A stretch of DNA of 24,214 nucleotides. Source: a virus. Taxonomy: Duplodnaviria; Caudoviricetes. Numbering within the stretch: the first letter of the stretch is position 1; each line of letters begins with the position of its first letter. Shown here piece after piece: positions 9,238-19,220 of this stretch. Below the pieces are notes generated by a model. The model was not told the DNA's origin, searched no databases, and saw nothing but the letters and a program-made list of their open reading frames with translations. The stretch is from IMG/VR virus record IMGVR_UViG_3300005837_000630, positions 1 to 24,214 of that record, one strand, 5' to 3'. The position numbers were made by a program, and so were the translations under genes.

Positions 9238-9485
9238 TGTCCGATTTTACACCAGAACAGTTAGAAGCTATGATGGATAGAGCCGCTAAGAAGGGTGCTA
9301 GGCAAGCCTTGTGTGACTTAGGGTTGGCTGACTTAGATGCAGCTACTGACATCAAAGAGTTACGTAGTTTGTTAGACTCTTGGAGAGACACAAAGAAAAG
9401 TATTTGGAAAACTTTAGTACAATTAGGAACAGTTGCAGTACTGACATTCATAGCTACTGCCGTATGGATGCAAGTAGGCAAGTAA
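9237..9485 (+). CDS. DUF6127-like small membrane protein (possible holin)
   Basis: AAKKGARQALCDLGL..D.A.DIKELRSLLDSW motif plus one C-terminal hydrophobic helix (LVQLGTVAVLTFIATAVW). TAATG-coupled. Confidence 0.6.
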   Translation: MSDFTPEQLEAMMDRAAKKGARQALCDLGLADLDAATDIKELRSLLDSWRDTKKSIWKTLVQLGTVAVLTFIATAVWMQVGK

Positions 9486-9496
9486 GGAAAAGATAG

Positions 9497-11584
9497 ATGG
9501 CAAAACGTTTCTTAGGATTTACACCAGAGCAGAGAGGCAAGATTGTGCCTGAGTTAGCTGGTATGCAAGGTGATGAACAGCGTAGAGTTATTGCATCTAA
9601 TCCTGCTTATCAAGCTAAACTAGGTAATGCTACAGAGCAAGCTATGCGTGTTTTAAATCCTCAACCAGTTAAAGCTAATAATGGTATGTATGTAAAAGGT
9701 TTTAATGAAGGTGGACAAGCTAAACTAGATGCTGCACAGAAACGTGTAGCTGATGCTCAAGAAGCTTTACAGGCCGCTAGAGATGCCCAAGCAGCTAACC
9801 CAGAAGATGCATCTTTAGTAACAAAGGTTACTGAGGCTGAGACTAGGTTAAGAAATGCTCAAGAAGCTCTTCAAGGTGCAGAGACTTCATTTAAAACTAC
9901 TGAGATGCCTTCTAATGTAGAAATGACATCTGCAGCCATAAATGATCCTGAGTCTTTGACTACTAAAACAGAAGTAGAGAAGATTACTACAGATGATAAA
10001 CAAACCATTGCTGAAGGCACTGGTGAGGTTGGCGATGCTGAGAAAGCAACTGCAACAACTGCAGAAACAGCGGAAGCAGTAACACCACCAGAAAAGAAAC
10101 CTGCCCCTACTGTCGAAGCTACTACAGTCACAGATGAAGTTCAGAAAACTTTAGACTCTTTAACTGCAGCAACTGGACTGCCTAGCGATGAAGCTTTAGC
10201 TAAAGCTGCGACTATGAACCCTGATGAGTTAGCTCAACTAGGTTTAACTGCAGCACAGATTACAGCCGCACAAACTGTTAAAGCTCCCGATAAGCGTAAG
10301 GTAGAAGAAGGTGAGATGATCTCAGGGTCTTCTGTCGATATGGATCGTGTAAAGGAAGAGACAAGCTTTGAGGCGGCTACAGGCGCACCCTCTTCTGATG
10401 CCACAGTTCAAGGCCAGTTAAGCGGTCTTATGGAAGACTTTGAAGGTAAGAATCCACCAGCTTGGGCTGCAGGAGCTATGAGAGCGGCATCAGCGGCACT
10501 AGCGGCTAGGGGTCTTAGCTCTTCTAGTATGGCTGGACAGGCTATCGTACAGGCTGCAATGGAGAGTGCCATCCCTATTGCTACTCAGGATGCTAAGACT
10601 GCAGCAAGCTTTGAGTTACAGAACTTATCTAATAAACAACAGTCTGCTATGTTTGCTGCACAGCAACGCGCACAGTTTCTTAACTTAGAGTTTAACCAAG
10701 AGTTTCAGACTCGTGTAGCTAATGCGGCTAAGATTAGTGAAATAGCTAATATGAACTTTACTGCAGAGCAACAGATTGCTTTGGAGAATGCCCGTCTAGC
10801 TCAGTCAGTAGATCTAGCTAACTTAGATGCCGCTAATGCTAAGGTGTTGTCTGATGCTGCAGCAATGACTCAGATGGACACAGCTAATTTAAACAACCGT
10901 CAACAGGCGGCTATACAGCAAGCTAATGCATTTCTACAGATGGATATGCAGAATTTAGAGAATGAGCAACAGACTAATGTATTTAAAGCTCAACAACGTG
11001 CTAATGCTTTGTTATCTGACCAAGCAGCTGAGAATGCGGCTAAACAGTTTAACGCATCTAATCAGATACAGGTTGACCAGTTCTATGATAACCTAAGTTC
11101 ATCACTTAGTATGTTTAACTCTGAACAAGCTAATGCTCAGAATAGGTTTAATGCTGGTGAAACAAACGCTATTGAGCAATTCAATAAGAAGATGGTAGAT
11201 GAGCGTGAAAGATTTAATGCTAGTAACCAGCTTATAATTGAACAAGCTAATGCGGCGTGGTATCAAACAGTTGCCACTATAGATACTGCAGCAACCAATG
11301 AAGCTAATCGTGCGGATGCAGCGGCGGCAACTAATATGACAGCCCTAGCATTTAGTGCTATGATGCAAGAGACTAGGGATATGATGAGTTATGCTTGGCA
11401 GTCTGCTAACAATGATGCGGATAGAGCAACCCAGCTTGCTATTGCTCAACTATCCTCAGATGATGCTAAACAGGCGGCAAGTGCTGCTAAATCTTCTGGC
11501 TTCTGGGGCGCTCTTGGTAACTTTGGTAGTGCCGTTGTCGAGGGCTACTTGGCTGGAAGAAATAGACCTAGAGGATCTGAATAA
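9497..11584 (+). CDS. Internal virion (ejection) protein, Ala/Gln/Asn-rich coiled coil
   Basis: 695 aa with no Cys, recurring QFNA and NLxNxQQ motifs, and a C-terminal Gly-rich hydrophobic stretch (GFWGALGNFG). Position after the tail genes. SD AAGGA at 9484-9488. Confidence 0.6.
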   Translation: MAKRFLGFTPEQRGKIVPELAGMQGDEQRRVIASNPAYQAKLGNATEQAMRVLNPQPVKANNGMYVKGFNEGGQAKLDAAQKRVADAQEALQAARDAQAANPEDASLVTKVTEAETRLRNAQEALQGAETSFKTTEMPSNVEMTSAAINDPESLTTKTEVEKITTDDKQTIAEGTGEVGDAEKATATTAETAEAVTPPEKKPAPTVEATTVTDEVQKTLDSLTAATGLPSDEALAKAATMNPDELAQLGLTAAQITAAQTVKAPDKRKVEEGEMISGSSVDMDRVKEETSFEAATGAPSSDATVQGQLSGLMEDFEGKNPPAWAAGAMRAASAALAARGLSSSSMAGQAIVQAAMESAIPIATQDAKTAASFELQNLSNKQQSAMFAAQQRAQFLNLEFNQEFQTRVANAAKISEIANMNFTAEQQIALENARLAQSVDLANLDAANAKVLSDAAAMTQMDTANLNNRQQAAIQQANAFLQMDMQNLENEQQTNVFKAQQRANALLSDQAAENAAKQFNASNQIQVDQFYDNLSSSLSMFNSEQANAQNRFNAGETNAIEQFNKKMVDERERFNASNQLIIEQANAAWYQTVATIDTAATNEANRADAAAATNMTALAFSAMMQETRDMMSYAWQSANNDADRATQLAIAQLSSDDAKQAASAAKSSGFWGALGNFGSAVVEGYLAGRNRPRGSE

Positions 11585-11585
11585 A

Positions 11586-12893
11586 ATGAGCGAAGTACAA
11601 TTTTCCTTTGATGCCCTAAGCTTTCTGCAAGAAGTTCTTCCAGAGCCAGAAGAGGCTACACCCACAGATTCCATAATCCGTAGACCTACAGAACCTAAAC
11701 CTGTAGAAGCTAAGGATGAAACTCAAACAATGCTACAAGACTTTGCTCGATTACAGGCTGACCAGTATGACTTGAAGAGTATGAAGAAAGCTCCACCTGT
11801 AAAGTCTAACTTTATCCAAGAGTACTTAGATAGTTTAGATATGTTCTACAAAGATGAACAGATGAACGAAGCTATCAATGGCGCTCTGATGGAAGCTACT
11901 AGACCACCCATAGGGCAGCTATCAGAGACAGCTAGGACTGCCATCTTCAGTGGTATGGATATGCGGGGTGCTGATAAGACTATGGTGAACAACGCTAAGG
12001 AAGCTCAGAATGTAGTTCAGCCTATGGTCACACCTGTCTTTAGAGGTAGGCAACCAGAGATGGCAGACAGCCCAGCGCTTGTTGATGCACCTAGTATAGA
12101 TGCTCGTAGTAATGAGATGCTAGATAAGCCTAAAGGTATTATGACTGACCCTAGAGGTAACAAACGTCCTAAAGCTAGACCAGAAGGATTAGAGCCAGTA
12201 GGTTTTAAAGTACCTGAGTACAAAGTTTACAATAACCCAGATGAAATGTCAGAGCTTGAAATATTAGCACGTACTATTGAGGCAGAAGCTAGGGGGGAAC
12301 CTTACGAGGGTAAGGTTGCAGTAGGTGCAACTATTGCCAACCGTGCTGCATCAGGTAGTTATGGTAAGGACATTCGTGGTGTTATTTTACGAAGAGGGCA
12401 GTTTTCCCCTTGGAACTCTTGGACAGGTTATGCAAAAGGTGAACAAGGTAAAGATATGATGAAACTTCGCGCAAGTGAGGATTCATATAGAGCCGCTAGT
12501 GCTATTTTGCAAGGTAGTTACGAAGATCCTACAGACGGTGCAACACACTATGTAAATGAAAAAGTTAGCAAACCTGATTGGTTAAGTGATATGAAAGGTC
12601 GTAAGCGTGGTGTTTTAACTATTGGTAATCACTTGTTTGGTAATGCAGATAGTAATAAAAAGTACGATGGTAAGTCTTACATATTCGACAGAAAAAGTGA
12701 GACTACAGACCAACCTGTAGAAGCTGCACCCATTACGGTTAAAGCAATACAACGTATTATAGGAACGGTTGTTGACGGTGACTTTGGCCCAGCATCCAGA
12801 AAAAAGGCTAGAGAGTTTCTTGATAGTAAAGGTGTAGATGTAGCCAAAAGTGCTACTGATGAGGATCTTATGAAACTTGTTGTAAATAGTTAA
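11586..12893 (+). CDS. Cell-wall hydrolase with a SleB/Hydrolase_2 lytic transglycosylase domain and a C-terminal peptidoglycan-binding-like motif
   Basis: LARTIEAEARGE..GKVAVG.TI.NR, QFSPWN, DPTDGATHY, IGNHLF (about 12250-12640) and VKAIQRIIG..VDGDFGP.S (about 12738-12800). Start moved from 11391 to ATG 11586, which has SD GAGGA at 11571-11575 and lies 1 nt after the upstream stop. Confidence 0.85.
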   Translation: MSEVQFSFDALSFLQEVLPEPEEATPTDSIIRRPTEPKPVEAKDETQTMLQDFARLQADQYDLKSMKKAPPVKSNFIQEYLDSLDMFYKDEQMNEAINGALMEATRPPIGQLSETARTAIFSGMDMRGADKTMVNNAKEAQNVVQPMVTPVFRGRQPEMADSPALVDAPSIDARSNEMLDKPKGIMTDPRGNKRPKARPEGLEPVGFKVPEYKVYNNPDEMSELEILARTIEAEARGEPYEGKVAVGATIANRAASGSYGKDIRGVILRRGQFSPWNSWTGYAKGEQGKDMMKLRASEDSYRAASAILQGSYEDPTDGATHYVNEKVSKPDWLSDMKGRKRGVLTIGNHLFGNADSNKKYDGKSYIFDRKSETTDQPVEAAPITVKAIQRIIGTVVDGDFGPASRKKAREFLDSKGVDVAKSATDEDLMKLVVNS

Positions 12894-12895
12894 AT

Positions 12896-13318
12896 ATGTT
12901 CGGATTACCTCTAGAACTTATCACTATGTTGTTCTCCACTGTTCTTGGTGGAGTAATGTCTATCTGGGGTCAGTCTAATAAACAGAAGGCTGAACAACAG
13001 AGAGCGTTGATAGGTGCAGCAAGTCAGGCTCGTGAACACGGTAAGACAGACAAACACTTTGCTTGGACTAGAAGAATAATCGCATTATCTGCAGTTTTCG
13101 CAATTATTGTCTTGCCAAAGCTAGTAGCAGTGTGGTATCCTGAAGTCACTGTCATAGTAGGGTACACTGAAATGAATGGTGGATTTTGGAACTGGTTGTT
13201 TGGCCCCGCTGAGAGTACTATGTGGGTATCTGCACGAGGCTTTGTTATTACACCCCTAGACACACACATCGTATCAGCCATTGTAGGACTTTACTTTGGC
13301 GCTGGATTTACTAAATAA
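12896..13318 (+). CDS. Membrane protein, 3TM-holin-like
   Basis: Hydrophobic segments at the N-terminus, RRIIALSAVFAIIVLP, and C-terminal IVSAIVGLYFG resembling the YFG end of 3TM holins. Adjacent to the muralytic enzyme. Confidence 0.5.
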   Translation: MFGLPLELITMLFSTVLGGVMSIWGQSNKQKAEQQRALIGAASQAREHGKTDKHFAWTRRIIALSAVFAIIVLPKLVAVWYPEVTVIVGYTEMNGGFWNWLFGPAESTMWVSARGFVITPLDTHIVSAIVGLYFGAGFTK

Positions 13319-13330
13319 GGTACAACAAAA

Positions 13331-13873
13331 ATGGTAGACTTAATGGTAGCCGCTATTCCCGGCCAATCTCTAACAGACACACCAAAGAACTCTCCTTGGG
13401 AAAGACCACCAGAGATGGTGAAGGTTCCAGAGGTAGTAGACTTCTACATCAGTAGTTTAGCTGACAATGAGAAGATGGAAGACTTAGCTATCTTATTTGA
13501 GATTGGTGGTGATCTACGTGGGATAGTTAAGACTATTACATCAACTGGGGCTATGAAAGGCTTACACACTGTCGAGGCTGGTATTCTAGCTGCACCTGTT
13601 ATAGCTTCTTTTATAAAGGCCGCTATGTCTGAGTACGGGATAGAGGTAAGAGAGACTAGCTTTGATGCTGAGAAGGCTCAGACTATGAAAGAGAAAGAGC
13701 GTCTTAAAACTCTGGTTATGGCAGCTATGGAAAAAGAAGCTCAACAGGAAGGCCCAACCTCTGGTATCCTACAAGAGATACGTGAGAACATCGAACCAGA
13801 AGCGGAAGAACCTATGGAAGAAGCTCCACAGCAAGAACAACCTAAAGGTATTATGTCGAGAGGTGCAGTATAA
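13331..13873 (+). CDS. Hypothetical virion-associated protein
   Basis: IPGQSLT..PKN.PWERPP N-terminal motif and an acidic tail ending PKGIMSR. SD AAGGT at 13317-13321. Within the structural operon. Confidence 0.6.
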   Translation: MVDLMVAAIPGQSLTDTPKNSPWERPPEMVKVPEVVDFYISSLADNEKMEDLAILFEIGGDLRGIVKTITSTGAMKGLHTVEAGILAAPVIASFIKAAMSEYGIEVRETSFDAEKAQTMKEKERLKTLVMAAMEKEAQQEGPTSGILQEIRENIEPEAEEPMEEAPQQEQPKGIMSRGAV

Positions 13874-15648
13874 TGGCTGACTGGCAAGCATTCGCAGAGA
13901 GTTTTCTTAACCGTACTGCAGAAGGTATCAAGGAAAGAACCGCTGACGCAAAGAGTTATGAAGAGCGTCAACGTGAACTAGCTAGAACAACTGGTCGAGC
14001 AGAGTTTAAGAAGAGAACAGGTTTAGCACAGGGTATGGCTGGTCTGGGTTCTAAGGCTAAGTCTTTAGGGGCTACAGACGCTATGGTTGCTGCAGCTATG
14101 GGATCTGGGCCTACAGGCTTAGTAGACCTAACAAGGAACTTAAGCGAGTTAAAGACTTCTCTTGGTGCTAGATGGACACCAGAGGCTGCACAGAACAACT
14201 TTGAAGTACCAGAAGCATACGAGGTTATGAAGTATGAGCCTGACTGGATGACAAAACGTATTAATAAGATAGTTGGCCTAACAGATCCTACAATAGGAGA
14301 CTATAAAGCTAAAGACTATGGTATGCTAGGTAACCTATTTGGGTTTAATGCTCGTGAAAATGCTAGGGTTCGTCTTGATTCAGAGCTTGGTGTAGGTGGC
14401 TACAGTCTACTTGACTTGAATGAGCTTTCCGCACAGTCAGAGTATGATACCCTTACTCAAGGGGCTTACGTTAACTTTACCCCATTGAAGTACTTTGATA
14501 TAGGAGAGTCTAGTTCTGAGTCAAGAAGCCTTAAAGCAACTATAGAAGATTCTTTTGAGATTGATGAGGGTTGGGAAACCTTAGATAAACAAATTGATAG
14601 GGTAACTCGTATATTTAAAGATGCACCAAGTTTATATACAGATATTAATGGTGTTCAACACGAAGGGTCAAAGGCAGAAGATGCCTTTTATAGTGACATA
14701 GCAAATTTAAGGGCACAGCAAAGACTTATTGAGAAAACTATAGCTACTCAAATTGTTAGCAACAGGGCTTCTGCCTTTACTGGGGGTGGTTATCTAGAAG
14801 CTATGAAACCCTTTTTAGAGCCTTATGGTGTAGATATTGATGCACTTAATAAAGAGATCTATAACTTTGCTGCACTAGATGAAGATGATGTTAGTGATGA
14901 TGGTAAGACTCCACCCGCTAGTGGTGCAGTTAAAGCTGAAACTAAGGATGTTGTTGTTGTAGAGCAGGGTGAAAACAGCCAAACGTTTGAGGGTGATGTA
15001 TTTAAAGGGTTATCTGAAGGTAATAGAGTAACGTTTGAGTTTGATGAAAACGGAGAACCAAAGACTGCTACAGTAATTTTGGATGGAGAACCTCATAAGG
15101 TTAAAGACCCGGATGACGTTATGGAACTGTACGAGATGGGTACATCTATAGAGGTTGATGCACTAGAAGCTAGGGAAGCTAGTTTAACTATGCCAGACCC
15201 TGTTGAAGAAGAAGTAGACCCAACCCTAAGAGGTAGTCGAAGAAAGAGTACAGGTGTAGCTATAAACCCCTTTGCGGCATTATTTGAAAACACACCAGAA
15301 TCTGCCGCTGGTAGAAATAAAGCTAGAACTGGCCCTCTAAGTAAAGAAGAAGTACAACAGCAAGAAGTAGCTTCAGATGAGGCTTCAGAAGAGGTTGTTA
15401 AAGCTAGTAAACCCTTAGAAAACTTTGTAAAAGATTATGGTAGAGATTTAGTAACATATCTCGTTGATAACGGTTACGCTATGGATGATGGGGATGAAGA
15501 GATTAGGGAAGGTTTAGCTATGTGGTTTGACGAAAATGCAGCTAAATCACCCCTCTTACTAAATGAAGATGTAAACGGTCTAATCTTCCTTATGAAGCAA
15601 GCTTTACAGAGAGTACGGCCTGACCTATTAGATAACCCAGAGGTTTAG
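13873..15648 (+). CDS. Putative internal virion (ejection) protein
   Basis: 591 aa, acidic, no Cys. MADWQAFAESFL amphipathic start, TAATG-coupled, immediately before the largest ORF. Confidence 0.55.
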   Translation: MADWQAFAESFLNRTAEGIKERTADAKSYEERQRELARTTGRAEFKKRTGLAQGMAGLGSKAKSLGATDAMVAAAMGSGPTGLVDLTRNLSELKTSLGARWTPEAAQNNFEVPEAYEVMKYEPDWMTKRINKIVGLTDPTIGDYKAKDYGMLGNLFGFNARENARVRLDSELGVGGYSLLDLNELSAQSEYDTLTQGAYVNFTPLKYFDIGESSSESRSLKATIEDSFEIDEGWETLDKQIDRVTRIFKDAPSLYTDINGVQHEGSKAEDAFYSDIANLRAQQRLIEKTIATQIVSNRASAFTGGGYLEAMKPFLEPYGVDIDALNKEIYNFAALDEDDVSDDGKTPPASGAVKAETKDVVVVEQGENSQTFEGDVFKGLSEGNRVTFEFDENGEPKTATVILDGEPHKVKDPDDVMELYEMGTSIEVDALEAREASLTMPDPVEEEVDPTLRGSRRKSTGVAINPFAALFENTPESAAGRNKARTGPLSKEEVQQQEVASDEASEEVVKASKPLENFVKDYGRDLVTYLVDNGYAMDDGDEEIREGLAMWFDENAAKSPLLLNEDVNGLIFLMKQALQRVRPDLLDNPEV

Positions 15649-15651
15649 TAG

Positions 15652-15789
15652 ATGAAGACTATAACGTTAGAAGAGATTCGTAAGCGAGGAAATCTACCTT
15701 CTGCTCCAAGTCCTCTTGATGTACAGACGCCCAGCGCCTTACCAAGTCCTATGAAGACAATAACTCTTGCTGAAATACGCAATAGGGGT
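15652..15789 (+). repeat. Internal duplication at the gene start: MKTITLEEIRKRG / MKTITLAEIRNRG
   Basis: Two copies start at 15652 and 15751 (99 nt apart), with synonymous divergence and a Pro/Ser linker. Confidence 0.85.
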
Positions 15790-18700
15790 CAGGAAGAGGA
15801 TGAGTATCCTTTTGATGATGACACAAAGCTTAAGAAAAAAGACCTAAAGACAGGTAGAAATGCTAGAGAAATTCGTGAATATATGTCACAAAGGTTTGGT
15901 GTAGACTACCGTAAGGATCAAGGTAAGTCTGATGAGGATGTTGTAGAAGACTTTGTAGATCATATGAGGTACTTCAATAGTAACATTGTAACCACAGCCG
16001 GGGAAGTTCGTTATATTCGTGATGCTGATGAGTCTAAGAGAGCTACAGCTGCGAGAGCATATGATCTTTACGACAAACTAGGTAGTGTGTTTACCAATGA
16101 CGGTTTTATGGGTGCTGTAGATGGTATGAAAGATTACTTTATGGCTACCGTAAAAGATCCCTCTACTTATGCTGGTCTACTTACTGGTGGTATTGCTAAA
16201 GCCTCTGGTGTGGGCCTTACTCAGGCTGGACGTATGGCAACTAAGAGGGCCGCTGTTGAGGCTGGTAAGAAAGCCTTAGCTAGTGGTGCGACACAGCAAG
16301 CTGCAAAGGAAGCTGGTGAAGAGGCCGCTAAGATGGCGGCTAAACGATTTGCTGCAGAGGGTATTAAGAACCCAGTGTCTGCTAAGATTCGTAGACAAGC
16401 CGCACGTAGAGAGCGTGAAATCTTCTTGTTAGAAGCTAAGAAGAGAGCCAGAAAAGAGGTTCTAAAGAAGCAAGCTGCAAAAGATAACAAGAAAGTTTTA
16501 ATGGGAACTACTGCCCTAGATTCAACTTTCGCTATTATGCACGATGTTACTCTACAAAACACATTACTAAAAGCTGGTTCACAAACAGACTACAACTACG
16601 TTCAGACAGGGTTTAGCTCTGTTCTTGGTGGTATTGGTGGTGCTACACAGTTACTGTTTGGTCGAGCCGCTGGTAAGTCTGGCTTATCTGATTCAGATAT
16701 ACTGGTAGAGTCAGCTAGAGCTAGAACTGAATCCCGGGAAAGTGTTGAGGAAGCGGCAAGACAGCTATCAGCAAGACAAGCGGCTAAACAGATAAAGCTT
16801 AGTGAGGAAGCGGCAAAGGATGCTGCAGCAATCATTATGGAGAAGGCTAGAGCTTGGGATGTAAAAGTAGAGGCTGGTAAGGACAGCTTCGATGATGTTC
16901 CTACATCTGTAGACTTTATAAAAGATATGATGCTTGGCCCTGATGGTGATGGTAAGGGTGGACTTGTAAAACTATTTAAAGATCAGGGTCTAAAGTTACC
17001 TAAAGATTTCACTGTCTCTGATGTAATGACTTCTGTTGTACAGTCAATGTCTCAGGAAGAGCTAAAGAAGATTAATAGATCCTTAGAGCCTAAAGGATTT
17101 ACTCTTGGTCAGACTACAGAGTTAGCTACAAGCTTAGGTGACTTACTAGCCATTGAGATCCGTAAGGGTGGTCAGGTTCTAAATGTAATGTCTCAGGTTC
17201 GTAAGACTTTAGATGCAGCTAATTTACACGGTCATCAGTTGATCGAAGGTCAGGCTGGAACTATTAAGGCTATGGATGATGAAGCTAAGAAGGCTAAGAA
17301 AGCTAAGGTAGGTCAGTACGGACAGAACCTATGGCGTAGGATGCTTGTATCATCACCTGCTACTACTGCAGTAAACGTTATAGGCTTTGGTCAGTTCTAT
17401 GTTGGTCAGTCACTAGCAGATCTTTTTTCCGCTACAGGAAGCACAATGTATGGACTTGCTAAGGGTGGAACTAGAACTGAGGCTGGTAGAGAATCACTAC
17501 GTGTGGCTAAGGTCTATATGCAGATACAGTCTCAGAAGATTCGTAACTTACTAGACCCTTACACAACTCACGACACATATATGCAGTTTCTGAATGAGAA
17601 CAAAGACCTTAGAAGCATTTTGTTTGAGAGTTATACTGGTGGTGTTGAACGTAGTGGTAAGAGGTATGGGATAGACCCTGACAGCCCTTGGTTTAAGAGA
17701 GCAGAGGCTTTAGCAGATGGGTCTAACAGACTTACTGGTGTTAAACTGCAGGATACCTTTACGAAGTCACAGATGTACATTACTGAAATGGACAAGTGGC
17801 TAAGACTTAATAAAGGTGTTAGCTTAGAAGAAACACTAAGGAAAGGTGATCTTTCAGTCATTGATGATGATGTGATTGGTGGCGCTCTAGACACGACTAT
17901 GAAATCAGTGTTTGCTAAGGACTACACCACAGAAGACCAGTTGCTTAACGCAGCGGCTAAACAAGTAGAGAACTTTTCTAACATACCTGTCATTGGTACG
18001 ATCCTACCCTTTGGTCGGTTCTTTAATAACACCCTAGCTACAGCCTACCAGTGGAGTGTAGGTGGTATGGTTGAGGGTGCATCAGCTATTATGAAGAAAG
18101 AGAAACGTAACATCAAAACAGTAGAGGCTTTCTCTAGAAGTTTGGTTGGTTTCTCATCTCTAAAGTTAGCTATGGAATATGATGAAAGAAAGCGTGAGAA
18201 GGGCTATGCTTGGCACCATATGGATACTGGTGGCGGTAAGATTATTGACGCTAAGAATATGTTCCCGGTATCTCTGTGGCTTGCTGTAGGACGCGCTGGT
18301 AATTTATCTAAGAATGGTGAGACTGTACCAAGGGATCTTATCGAAGACGTTACTGCACAATTAGCTGTAGGCCAGTTTGCTAGAGATGTCCAGTTTGGTA
18401 ATGATTTGTACAATATGTTTGACGTTCTGTACAACCAAGAAGAGGGAGCTAGACAGGCTTCATTCAACGCTTTGTATAAACAAGGTGGTAACATCTTAGC
18501 TGGCTTTACACGCCCACTAGACGCTCTGAATAAGATGGTTGGCTTTATAAATGACTCAGATACAGCTAAGGATGTTAGACAGGAAAAAGGATTCTCCACA
18601 TTCACTGTAGGGGCATCAAAGTATGTAGATAACTTACTGGAAATCTTTAGTGATAAGATTGATGGAATTACTGGTGAAGAACTAAGAGTAGCTACAAGAG

Positions 18701-19218
18701 ATGGGCAGATTAAAGACGTTAACCCTATTCTAAGAATTATGGGTATAACTCAGGTTCCTGCTAGAACAGGTGTAGAGAAAGCTTACTCTATGGCAGAAGC
18801 ACACCCTTGGAAAGCTAACGAGAGAAGTCAGATCCCTGCATACGATAAGATCTTGAATGAGGTTGTTGTTCCAATATTCGAGGAAAGGGTACTAGACGTT
18901 ATAGGAAGTGATAGCTGGAAGAACGCTAGTGTTAATACAAGAAGAGTACAATTAAATAGTATAAGGAATGATGTTAAATCTCAGGTAAGAAAGCACTTAC
19001 TTACAACAGACCTTCCAGAGGGTTCTATAAATGCTCTGAGAAGAAAGGCTACAGTTACTGGTTCTCGTGAAGAGAGAGCAGAGGCTAGAAAGTTTTTGAA
19101 GGAACGATTTGGATGGGATGGTAATATAGGGGAGTTAGGTAATGATCCAGAATCCCTAGAGATACTACAAACATATTTTTCTTTTATAGAAGTTTATCGT
19201 AAAGAAAACAAAAGATAA
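15652..19218 (+). CDS. Large internal virion (ejection) protein, positional equivalent of T7 gp16
   Basis: 1188 aa, helical, no Cys. DPSTYAGLLTGG hydrophobic segment followed by a Lys/Ala-rich tract. SD GAGGT at about 15640-15644. Last gene of the arm. Confidence 0.65.
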   Translation: MKTITLEEIRKRGNLPSAPSPLDVQTPSALPSPMKTITLAEIRNRGQEEDEYPFDDDTKLKKKDLKTGRNAREIREYMSQRFGVDYRKDQGKSDEDVVEDFVDHMRYFNSNIVTTAGEVRYIRDADESKRATAARAYDLYDKLGSVFTNDGFMGAVDGMKDYFMATVKDPSTYAGLLTGGIAKASGVGLTQAGRMATKRAAVEAGKKALASGATQQAAKEAGEEAAKMAAKRFAAEGIKNPVSAKIRRQAARREREIFLLEAKKRARKEVLKKQAAKDNKKVLMGTTALDSTFAIMHDVTLQNTLLKAGSQTDYNYVQTGFSSVLGGIGGATQLLFGRAAGKSGLSDSDILVESARARTESRESVEEAARQLSARQAAKQIKLSEEAAKDAAAIIMEKARAWDVKVEAGKDSFDDVPTSVDFIKDMMLGPDGDGKGGLVKLFKDQGLKLPKDFTVSDVMTSVVQSMSQEELKKINRSLEPKGFTLGQTTELATSLGDLLAIEIRKGGQVLNVMSQVRKTLDAANLHGHQLIEGQAGTIKAMDDEAKKAKKAKVGQYGQNLWRRMLVSSPATTAVNVIGFGQFYVGQSLADLFSATGSTMYGLAKGGTRTEAGRESLRVAKVYMQIQSQKIRNLLDPYTTHDTYMQFLNENKDLRSILFESYTGGVERSGKRYGIDPDSPWFKRAEALADGSNRLTGVKLQDTFTKSQMYITEMDKWLRLNKGVSLEETLRKGDLSVIDDDVIGGALDTTMKSVFAKDYTTEDQLLNAAAKQVENFSNIPVIGTILPFGRFFNNTLATAYQWSVGGMVEGASAIMKKEKRNIKTVEAFSRSLVGFSSLKLAMEYDERKREKGYAWHHMDTGGGKIIDAKNMFPVSLWLAVGRAGNLSKNGETVPRDLIEDVTAQLAVGQFARDVQFGNDLYNMFDVLYNQEEGARQASFNALYKQGGNILAGFTRPLDALNKMVGFINDSDTAKDVRQEKGFSTFTVGASKYVDNLLEIFSDKIDGITGEELRVATRDGQIKDVNPILRIMGITQVPARTGVEKAYSMAEAHPWKANERSQIPAYDKILNEVVVPIFEERVLDVIGSDSWKNASVNTRRVQLNSIRNDVKSQVRKHLLTTDLPEGSINALRRKATVTGSREERAEARKFLKERFGWDGNIGELGNDPESLEILQTYFSFIEVYRKENKR

Positions 19219-19220
19219 TA

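Noticed and set aside
11391-11585. 65-codon N-terminal extension of the hydrolase ORF
   Set aside because: It overlaps the upstream gene by 194 nt. ATG 11586 has an SD and follows the upstream stop directly.
245-18605. Short minus-strand ORFs inside the + arm genes, and the + frame ORF 8810-9088
   Set aside because: They are fully nested in long, well-supported genes and have no recognisable motifs. They look like shadows of codon bias.
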